From NCBI GenBank assembly GCA_043746635.1, contig JAYTQQ010000191.1, positions 1-60,777 on the forward strand: a DNA stretch of 60,777 nucleotides, read 5' to 3'. The notes below the pieces were generated by a model. The model saw only the letters and a program-made list of their open reading frames with translations. It had not been told where the DNA came from and searched no databases. How positions within the stretch are numbered: position 1 is the first letter of the stretch; each line of letters opens with the position of its first letter. Both the position numbers and the translations under genes were made by a program. Of this stretch, positions 54,078 through 60,777 are shown one piece after another. This DNA is from Bdellovibrionales bacterium (GTDB taxonomy: Bacteria; Bdellovibrionota; Bdellovibrionia; Bdellovibrionales; JAMPXM01).

Positions 54078-55124
54078 ATGGAATCCCTCACAAACACAGC
54101 CGGACGTCACAATATCGCTCTCGGTATAGAACCCGCCGATTGGGATGACAAGCCATTTTTTCCGGTGAGTGTGGCGTACAAAAAACAATTTGGGTCGAAA
54201 GTTTTTAAGATCCCGGTTTCAATCGCCGAAGACTGTCCGAACCGACGCGGAATTGGCGGCATGCAGACCTGTATTTTTTGTGACGAGTGGGGATCGTTTG
54301 CCTATCCAGAAAATTCTGAGCTCGCACTCCGCGAACAAATTGTCGCCCATCGCGCGAAAGTTGCGAAGCGTTTTAATACCGAAAAATTTATCGTTTATTT
54401 TCAGGCCTACACTTCTACATTTACGAAACTGACAGAACTCCGAATGGGTTTTGATATCGCGCTCGAGAGTCCTGATGTTGTGGGGCTCACCGTCGGTACA
54501 CGGCCCGATTGTTTGTCTGAGGGAGTTCTCCGCACTTGGAAAGAGTACAGCGAAAAAACTTTCATGAGTGTCGAATTTGGAGTTCAAAGTTTCGACGACG
54601 ACCAATTGATCTGGATGCGCAGAGGTCACACGGCTTCGCAGTCGATCAAGGCGATCGAGCGGGTGGCAGCCGCTAGATCGATCGACATCGGCATTCATTT
54701 GATTTTTGGATTCACTGGTGAAACCGACAAACAAATTATCGAAACGGCGAAGCTCTGCAATAAGCTTCCGATCAGCAACGTGAAGCTTCATAATTTACAC
54801 ATTTTAAAAAATACGCCGCTTGAAAATCTTTATATTGAGAAAAAATTTGTACCGCTCGAGAAGCTTGAATATGCTCACCGGGTGGGCCTTTTTCTTGATT
54901 ATCTTTCTCCGAATATCGCAGTCCACCGATTGGTGGCTCTTGCTTCTCGTTGGGATGAACTCGTGGCTCCACCTTGGACACGCGATAAGATGCGCAGTTA
55001 TCAAGAGATCTTAGATTACTTAAGAACAAATGGTCACATGCAGGGCAAAATGGTTCCCGAAAAAGCAGTCGACGCCGTTGAGCGAGCCGCTATCGGCATT
55101 CCGTCCATTAGACTTCTTTCATGA
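54078..55124 (+). CDS. TIGR01212-family radical SAM protein (YhcC-like)
   Basis: YKKQFGSKVFKIPVSIAEDCPNRRGIGGMQTCIFC matches the family N-terminus as I remember it. The start is uncertain: ATG 54078, or GTG 54165/54171. Confidence 0.8.
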   Translation: MESLTNTAGRHNIALGIEPADWDDKPFFPVSVAYKKQFGSKVFKIPVSIAEDCPNRRGIGGMQTCIFCDEWGSFAYPENSELALREQIVAHRAKVAKRFNTEKFIVYFQAYTSTFTKLTELRMGFDIALESPDVVGLTVGTRPDCLSEGVLRTWKEYSEKTFMSVEFGVQSFDDDQLIWMRRGHTASQSIKAIERVAAARSIDIGIHLIFGFTGETDKQIIETAKLCNKLPISNVKLHNLHILKNTPLENLYIEKKFVPLEKLEYAHRVGLFLDYLSPNIAVHRLVALASRWDELVAPPWTRDKMRSYQEILDYLRTNGHMQGKMVPEKAVDAVERAAIGIPSIRLLS

Positions 55125-55230
55125 CTTGTCGCGGTAAAAGCCTCGATAATGGCTCTAGCACAGTGCCTTCAATCCTTGTTCTCGAGCCATTCTCTTCATT
55201 TTTTCACGCGACAAGTCATGAAAGAAGTCT
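55110..55230. repeat. 121-bp palindromic element: 24-bp perfect terminal inverted repeats, nested 8-bp inner stem, flanked by ATT/ATT
   Basis: agacttctttcatgacttgtcgcg (55110-55133) is the exact reverse complement of cgcgacaagtcatgaaagaagtct (55207-55230). The inner pair is aatggctc (55148-55155) with gagccatt (55184-55191). ATT lies at 55107-55109 and at 55231-55233. Confidence 0.85.
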
Positions 55231-55354
55231 ATTATAGGCCACCCTGAGTGACGTCTTTAGGCCTCTAAAATGTGTTTTTTTCCTAAGTCGCCATTTACCG
55301 GGAAGTCTCCGAAAATCCGTGTTATAAGCACCTATAACCAAGGAGAGCCTTTTT

Positions 55355-55687
55355 ATGAATAAACTATTAATTGCGGTGGGTCTTATGATCACTTCTGTCG
55401 GCTTTTCAAAAGCACAAGCACAATCCGTTGATATGAAAGCAGCGCCGGTGTGTGTTTTTGAGCAAATCAAAGAAGCTTCTGGCGATACGGGACCTTATTT
55501 TGTGATTTCTTGCGGTAGCGATGTTGTGTTCACTCACAAGGTTTCTTCATACGCGCAAGTTCAAGATAAAAATGCTTACAATGCCTATATGCAAAAAGCT
55601 CTCGTCACTATGATGGGCGACGATAAGAGTATTTCTTGTGAGCAATCAGATTCAGAGATCGCTCTCGTTATTGTCTGCAAAAGATAG
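55355..55687 (+). CDS. Small secreted hypothetical protein (110 aa)
   Basis: AAGGAGAG RBS. Signal peptide MNKLLIAVGLMITSVGFSKAQA. Four Cys in the mature part. Confidence 0.65.
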   Translation: MNKLLIAVGLMITSVGFSKAQAQSVDMKAAPVCVFEQIKEASGDTGPYFVISCGSDVVFTHKVSSYAQVQDKNAYNAYMQKALVTMMGDDKSISCEQSDSEIALVIVCKR

Positions 55688-55713
55688 TTGCGAGTTCTTA
55701 AGGAATTTGAGAA

Positions 55714-55746
55714 AAGCCTGACATCAAAAGTGTCAGGCTTTTTTTA
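55714..55746. terminator. Bidirectional rho-independent terminator
   Basis: aagcctgaca (55714-55723), loop tcaaaag, tgtcaggctt (55731-55740), then a T-run. AAAA lies on the other side. It sits between convergent genes. Confidence 0.85.
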
Positions 55747-55781
55747 TTTCAGGAAATCAAATCTTGGATCGTTCGAGCTCG

Positions 55782-56912
55782 TTAAGAGGCAAGAAATTTC
55801 TTGATTTCAGCAATTTTGGAAATCGTGTCGGAGTAACCAATCTCGACGAGTTTGGCACAAAATTCAGGTTCGAAGAGCAGATAGCTCGTAATTTCTGATG
55901 ATTCGCGGCTTGAACCTAAACCGCCAAGGAGATAGCGAATGACCGGGGGCATTTGTTCGAACTGACCACTCGCGAGTAAACCTAAATCAACAGATGGCCT
56001 CAACCAAAATGTTTCAATTTTGCGAAGGCCAATAGAATGGTGTTTTGCATCGTCGACATTTGAAAGGGTGTGGTTCACGCGGTCGAGCCTTTCCATGTCG
56101 AGATCAATTGCGTCAAGGAGCAACGCATTCATAATGACACCGAGAACCCGCGCGATGGTAGGTTCGTAATCTATATCAATGGGAGGCGCTAGACTGTCAG
56201 GTCGTCTCACACTCACGACAAATATTTTTTCGGATCCTAAATGAATCGCGCTACTCACGGGCGCAGTATTTCTCACGCATCCATCTCCGAAAAATCGATT
56301 ACCAATTTGCACCGGAGGAAAAAACAATGGAATTGCGCTCGACCCCATCACGTGATCAACCGTGAGTTGCGTTTGTTCTCCTCTGCGGCGAAAACGTCCC
56401 CACATGGGAAGGTTGCGGGCAGCTTGAACGAAGCTAATGCTTGTCGCACTTGCATAGTCCATCGCGGTCACAGAAAGAGATTCGAGATGTCCTTCTTCTA
56501 GATTCTGAGCGATTTTTTCGAGCGAGATATTTTCGCCAATGAGTTTTTTAAGAGGAGTCGTATTGAGTAGCGACCTGGCCATTTTTTTATTCGTGAAAGA
56601 ACCAAAACTGGTATCGAGTACCCATTTTGCAGCAATTTTTCCGAGAGAGAATGCATCGGTCTTGTAAACATTTTCGGCATGGATATTCGACCAGAGATCG
56701 ACGAGTTTTTCAGATGCAATACGTGGATTTTCCCAATGGGAACCGAGAAAACTTGCGCTAATCGCACCGGCGCTCGCACCGGTAATGACCGAAATTTTTC
56801 TTTGCTCGGACTCTAAGATTTCGGAAATCGCCTTCATAACTCCAGCTTGGTAGGCGCCGCGAGCCCCTCCACCTGACAGAACGATTCCTAATTTTTTACG
56901 TGGATCGGTCAT
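55782..56912 (-). CDS. Patatin-like phospholipase
   Basis: Oxyanion motif GGGARGAY, nucleophile GASAGA (GxSxG) and DG dyad context FGDGCVRN. I moved the start to ATG 56912, which is 5 nt after the gcvP stop. Confidence 0.85.
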   Translation of the reverse strand: MTDPRKKLGIVLSGGGARGAYQAGVMKAISEILESEQRKISVITGASAGAISASFLGSHWENPRIASEKLVDLWSNIHAENVYKTDAFSLGKIAAKWVLDTSFGSFTNKKMARSLLNTTPLKKLIGENISLEKIAQNLEEGHLESLSVTAMDYASATSISFVQAARNLPMWGRFRRRGEQTQLTVDHVMGSSAIPLFFPPVQIGNRFFGDGCVRNTAPVSSAIHLGSEKIFVVSVRRPDSLAPPIDIDYEPTIARVLGVIMNALLLDAIDLDMERLDRVNHTLSNVDDAKHHSIGLRKIETFWLRPSVDLGLLASGQFEQMPPVIRYLLGGLGSSRESSEITSYLLFEPEFCAKLVEIGYSDTISKIAEIKKFLAS

Positions 56913-56917
56913 ACACT

Positions 56918-59827
56918 CTAGTGTTGATAATTCTCTACCGGAAGACAAGAACAAACCAGATTGCGATCTCCGTATGGATTATTCACGCGAGCGACTGTTG
57001 GCCAGAATTTATTTTCTCTTAACCACGCAAGCGGAAAACTTGCGGTCTCCCTGGTATAAGGTCGGTCCCACAGAGTACCCATCACATCTTGTTGTGTATG
57101 CGGTGCGCGCTTCAGTGGATTATTAAGCTTATCCATTTTACCATTTTCAATCATGCGAATTTCTTCGCGAATTTGAATCATGGCATCGCAGTAGCGATCG
57201 AGTTCAGTTTTTGATTCACTCTCGGTTGGTTCGAGCATAAGTGTTCCGGTCACGGGCCAAGACATCGTTGGCGCGTGAAATCCATAATCCATCAAACGTT
57301 TTGCAACGTCTTCGGCTTCGATGCCGAAAACTTTGAGTGGACGAAGATCGAGGATGCATTCGTGCGCAACAAAACCTTTTTTACCTTTATATAAAATCGG
57401 ATAGTGCGGACGCAGACGTTCGGCCATGTAGTTAGCGTTTAAAATCGCAACTTGAGTTGCCTTTCTCAATCCCTCAGCGCCCATCATTTTAATGTAGGCC
57501 CAAGAGATACACAGAATCGAACTACTTCCGAACGGAGCACTCGACACTCTTTGCGCGAGAGGTTTTAGAGCGTGATAATTTTTGGTTGTCGTCGGCAAAA
57601 ATTCAACGAGATGTTGTCTCACGCCGATCGGGCCGACGCCGGGGCCGCCTCCTCCGTGTGGAATACAAAAGGTTTTATGCAAATTCAAATGACAGACATC
57701 TGGACCAAATTCGCCGGGTCGGCAGAGGCCCACGAGCGCATTGAAGTTTGCGCCGTCCATGTAGACTTGTCCGCCGTTTTTGTGAATGGTATCGCAAATG
57801 TCTTTGATGCCTTCTTCGAAAACTCCGTGAGTCGAAGGATAGGTAATCATAAGTGCAGCTAGATTTTTCGAGTGCTCCTCAGCTTTTGAAGTAAGATCTG
57901 CAACGTCTACGTTTCCGTCGTTGTCGCAAGCGACGATGACGACCTGCATGCCGGCCATGACGGCACTCGCAGGATTTGTTCCGTGAGCGGAACTTGGAAT
58001 CAAGCAAATATTGCGGTGAGTATCACCCCGGCCTAAATGGTATTTACGAATCGCTAAGAGTCCCGCGTACTCACCTTGGGAGCCCGCATTCGGTTGAATG
58101 CTGACACCTGCAAATCCCGTGATTTCGATGAGCATCTTTTCGAGTTCTCCGATGAGCCCTTGGTAACCAAGCGTTTGGTCAGAGGGCGCAAACGGATGCA
58201 TGTTTGAAAACTCGGGCCACGTCACCGGAATCATCTCGGCCGTGGCATTCAATTTCATCGTGCAACTCCCTAGCGGAATCATCGAATGAGCGAGAGACAG
58301 ATCCTTACCTTGAAGTTTAAAGATGTAACGAAGCATTTCTGTTTCAGAATGATACAAATTAAATACCGGATGCGTGAGGAAGCTTGATTTACGCATCAAT
58401 TTCTCAGGAATTTGATCTAAAGTCTTGGCTTCGACCTCGCTAAAGTGAAGCTTCGTCGCAACACTCTTGGCGCTGGCCATGACTTTCCAGAGTTTTTCGA
58501 GTTGTTGCGGAGTCGTCGTTTCGTCGAAGCTTAAGCCGAAAAGGGTTTTATCGCCAAATGCGGCGCCAAAATCCCACCTGAGATTAAACTGGTTCTGGTC
58601 GCTCAACGATTTTAATTTTGCGGCGGTCGCCGCGTCGATTTCAAACGTTAAGGTATCAAAATAAGAATGATTGAGAAGCTTAAAGCCAAGGGTTTTCATT
58701 CCCCCCGCGAAAGTCGCCGTCAAACGATGAGTTCTGCGTGCGATCTTCGTAATTCCCTCAGGGCCGTGATAAACGGCGTACATTCCAGCGATGACCGCCA
58801 GTAAAACCTGCGCCGTACAAATATTGCTCGTCGCTTTTTCACGACGAATATGTTGCTCACGAGTCTGGAGTGCCAGTCGCATCGCCGGGTTATTGTTCGC
58901 GTCGATAGAAACACCAATGATTCTTCCGGGCATAGAGCGTTTCAATTCATCTTTCGTGGCGAGGTAGGCCGCGTGAGGCCCACCAAATCCCATTGGGACT
59001 CCAAATCTCTGAGTCGACCCAACTGCGACGTCGACGCCCAATTCTCCCGGAGGAGTGAGAAGACTGAGTGCTAAAATATCACAAGCAGCGATGACCGCGA
59101 TTTTTTGGTCATGAGCTTTTTTAATAAAGTCGGCATAATTAAAGATTTCGCCGCTCGAAGAAGGATACTGAATCAAGCAAGAGAAAAACTTTTCTGAAAA
59201 ATCGAATTTTTCAAAATCCCCGATAACGACTTCAATGCCGAGGGCTTCGCAACGAGTTTGAAGAACTTCGAGAGTTTGCGGATGACAGTCATGAGAGGCG
59301 AAAATGCTTTTCGCGGTTTTCTTAGGCGAATGGGAGTAACAAAGGTGCATCGCTTCGGCGGCGGCAGTGCCTTCATCAAGAAGTGAAGCATTCGCCATGG
59401 GCAAGCCGGTCAGATCAATGACCATACTTTGAAAATTAAGCAGTGCTTCGAGTCGGCCTTGAGAAATTTCGGCCTGGTAAGGCGTGTAAGCCGTATACCA
59501 ACCTGGATTCTCTAAAATATTTCGTAAGATCACGAGAGGCGTCAGCGTGCCATAGTAACCTGCTCCGATATAAGATTGGTAAACCTTATTTTGAGAAGCG
59601 TAGGCCCTCGCTTCGACAAGCATTTCTTGCTCGCTCATCGCAGGTTTTAGATCCAGAGATTTTTGGCTGAGAATTCTTTGTGGAACCGTTTTTTCGACGA
59701 GTTCATCCAGAGACTTCAGACTGAGAATTTTGAGCTCAGCCGTGATATCTTTAGAATTCGGTCCAATATGTCTATGTATAAATTCGTCGTGCGACTCTAA
59801 TTTCGAAAAATTCATTTTTTCAGACAT
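56918..59827 (-). CDS. gcvP: Glycine dehydrogenase (decarboxylating), single-chain P-protein
   Basis: 969 aa with the PLP-lysine context [19 protein letters not shown]. Confidence 0.95.
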   Translation of the reverse strand: MSEKMNFSKLESHDEFIHRHIGPNSKDITAELKILSLKSLDELVEKTVPQRILSQKSLDLKPAMSEQEMLVEARAYASQNKVYQSYIGAGYYGTLTPLVILRNILENPGWYTAYTPYQAEISQGRLEALLNFQSMVIDLTGLPMANASLLDEGTAAAEAMHLCYSHSPKKTAKSIFASHDCHPQTLEVLQTRCEALGIEVVIGDFEKFDFSEKFFSCLIQYPSSSGEIFNYADFIKKAHDQKIAVIAACDILALSLLTPPGELGVDVAVGSTQRFGVPMGFGGPHAAYLATKDELKRSMPGRIIGVSIDANNNPAMRLALQTREQHIRREKATSNICTAQVLLAVIAGMYAVYHGPEGITKIARRTHRLTATFAGGMKTLGFKLLNHSYFDTLTFEIDAATAAKLKSLSDQNQFNLRWDFGAAFGDKTLFGLSFDETTTPQQLEKLWKVMASAKSVATKLHFSEVEAKTLDQIPEKLMRKSSFLTHPVFNLYHSETEMLRYIFKLQGKDLSLAHSMIPLGSCTMKLNATAEMIPVTWPEFSNMHPFAPSDQTLGYQGLIGELEKMLIEITGFAGVSIQPNAGSQGEYAGLLAIRKYHLGRGDTHRNICLIPSSAHGTNPASAVMAGMQVVIVACDNDGNVDVADLTSKAEEHSKNLAALMITYPSTHGVFEEGIKDICDTIHKNGGQVYMDGANFNALVGLCRPGEFGPDVCHLNLHKTFCIPHGGGGPGVGPIGVRQHLVEFLPTTTKNYHALKPLAQRVSSAPFGSSSILCISWAYIKMMGAEGLRKATQVAILNANYMAERLRPHYPILYKGKKGFVAHECILDLRPLKVFGIEAEDVAKRLMDYGFHAPTMSWPVTGTLMLEPTESESKTELDRYCDAMIQIREEIRMIENGKMDKLNNPLKRAPHTQQDVMGTLWDRPYTRETASFPLAWLRENKFWPTVARVNNPYGDRNLVCSCLPVENYQH

Positions 59828-59842
59828 CGCTTATGCCCCTTT

Positions 59843-60208
59843 TTATAATGTAGCTGCTTTCTTAGGCGAAGCTTTCTTAGAAGCTTTTTTGCGAGCGGGT
59901 TTCTTTTTACCAAGTCTCATTGAGCTCATCTTTGCTTGAGTCTCTGCAGAAGCCTTGCGGAGGATCACAACGAGTTTGTTTACTTCTGAGCCAATTTGTT
60001 TTTCAGCACGAATGACGGCTTTACGAATCTCTTGAAAACGCTTTTCGAGAGTTTTCATCTTTGCTTTCGCCTGTGGAGTTAAATGTTCGTTCAAATCGTA
60101 ATTTTTGATTTCATTTGCGAGTCTGTGGAGTTCCTTTTTGAGATAATCAACATCGGTTAACTTCACGAGCTCTTCTTTCACTTTTTTAAGATTGAGTTCT
60201 GTTTTCAT
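59843..60208 (-). CDS. Coiled-coil protein with Lys-rich basic tail (121 aa)
   Basis: GGAG RBS. The body is helical and heptad-like. The C-terminus is GKKKPARKKASKKASPKKAATL. It lies 15 nt upstream of gcvP on the same strand. Confidence 0.6.
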   Translation of the reverse strand: MKTELNLKKVKEELVKLTDVDYLKKELHRLANEIKNYDLNEHLTPQAKAKMKTLEKRFQEIRKAVIRAEKQIGSEVNKLVVILRKASAETQAKMSSMRLGKKKPARKKASKKASPKKAATL

Positions 60209-60542
60209 GAGTTCTCCTTCAAGGGGATGTGGGGGGATTGAAAAATCTTATTTTGATACACTCTTCGTACCATTTGTAGCGCCTCAATGGCAATCCAAAC
60301 TCATTAAATGTGCGCTGACCCAATCGAGTTTGCGTAGGCAGCTCCCGGCCATAAAGTAATGAGTCTATGGCCCCGTGCCAAATTTGTGCAATTCGTAAAT
60401 AAGTTGAGCATCCGTCAAAATCTCAGGCAACAGACCCAACCTTGGCGCAAAATAGGCCCTCGCCACGTGGCTCCTCCATTGCAATTTAAGCTTCTGAACG
60501 ATTGAAGTATAAATGTTTGGTTCTGATACAATGGGGGATTTT

Positions 60543-60777
60543 ATGAAGACTGGGAAACAAACCCACCGGGCCCGAAAAATAGTGATCGGTTGTCTTGCAC
60601 TCTCGGCAGCGGCCCTTACCTTGGGTGGGGCGTCCACTCAGACCCAATTCTTGCGTACACTTTTTTACGTATCAAGTGGTCAAGCGAATCGAGCGGTTGC
60701 GAGCACAGCCAACACGTCGACATCAGCGATTTCTGCGGCAAGGGCTCGCGCTTTAGTCTTATATGCCGGCATCACCG
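60543..60777 (+). CDS. Secreted hypothetical protein, 3' end beyond the window
   Basis: ATG 60543 is preceded by GGGGGA. The frame is open to the window end. The N-terminus is MKTGKQTHRARKIVIGCLALSAAALTLGGAS (signal peptide). It is absent from the ORF track only because no stop lies inside the window. Confidence 0.55.
   Translation, partial: MKTGKQTHRARKIVIGCLALSAAALTLGGASTQTQFLRTLFYVSSGQANRAVASTANTSTSAISAARARALVLYAGIT

Noticed and set aside
60209-60542. Glycine riboswitch upstream of the gcvP transcription unit
   Set aside because: Reading the minus strand, I found neither of the conserved aptamer cores (GGAGAG...ACCGAAGGGGCAA). Only a covariance-model search could settle this definitively.
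60365-60637. 90-aa minus-strand ORF at the right edge
   Set aside because: It overlaps a plus-strand ORF (from ATG 60543) that has an RBS and a convincing signal peptide and runs off the window. The minus ORF has no RBS and an odd composition.
1-60777. Search for CRISPR arrays, tRNA/rRNA genes, IS elements, integrases, toxin-antitoxin pairs and known defence-system signatures
   Set aside because: I saw no regularly spaced direct repeats, no cloverleaf-like conserved tRNA boxes in the intergenic regions I read, and no transposase, integrase or recombinase-like ORFs. The only mobile-looking sequence is the 121-bp palindrome at 55110-55230.

Overview
This is a 60.8 kb, gene-dense chromosomal window from a moderately AT-rich Gram-negative bacterium. 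I call about 55 CDS. I found no rRNA or tRNA genes, no CRISPR array, no IS element or integrase and no prophage. The gene content (sigma-28, a Glt/Nfs-like envelope cluster, secreted S8/S41/patatin/alpha-beta hydrolases, Lys/Ala/Pro-rich tails on nucleic-acid proteins) suggests a Bdellovibrio-like or myxobacteria-related lineage, but that is inference only.

Gene order:
- fliA (5'-truncated by the window edge), then a GYF-GYF-PilZ protein.
- A seven-gene, translationally coupled envelope operon (1915-11099).
- A secreted alpha/beta hydrolase and an S8 protease.
- nuoB-CD-E-F-G-I, i.e. peripheral-arm subunits only, plus a coupled unknown ORF.
- UDP-GlcA decarboxylase and UDP-Glc dehydrogenase, a UPF0104 membrane protein, recO, a THUMP methyltransferase, cdd, a degenerate MBL-fold protein, metG and lpxD.
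- A histone-H1-like tripartite protein, infA, and tex with a roughly 240-aa Arg/Pro-rich tail.
- A frameshifted secreted-protein gene, a GT4 + HAD-IIB pair, and topA (cysteine-free C-terminal repeats with a Lys-rich tail).
- Two small secreted Cys-containing proteins and a HAD-like protein, then prc.
- Orphan 2-oxoacid dehydrogenase E1 alpha/beta coupled to a methyltransferase, then pyrE.
- Two unknown genes, an EEP nuclease/phosphatase, a small protein coupled to pfk, an MnmC-like methyltransferase, and a TIGR01212 radical SAM protein.
- A 121-bp perfect-TIR palindromic element, a patatin-like lipase, gcvP, and a basic-tailed coiled-coil protein.

Best candidates for something new:
1. The FliA / PilZ / seven-gene envelope machine locus.
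2. The membrane-arm-less nuo operon with a coupled NifS-like pseudoenzyme ORF.
3. The MITE-like palindrome at 55110-55230.
4. The pentanucleotide-repeat frameshift gene, whose start codon sits inside a palindrome.
5. The E1alpha/beta + methyltransferase module.

All product calls come from motif recognition by eye. No database search was possible.
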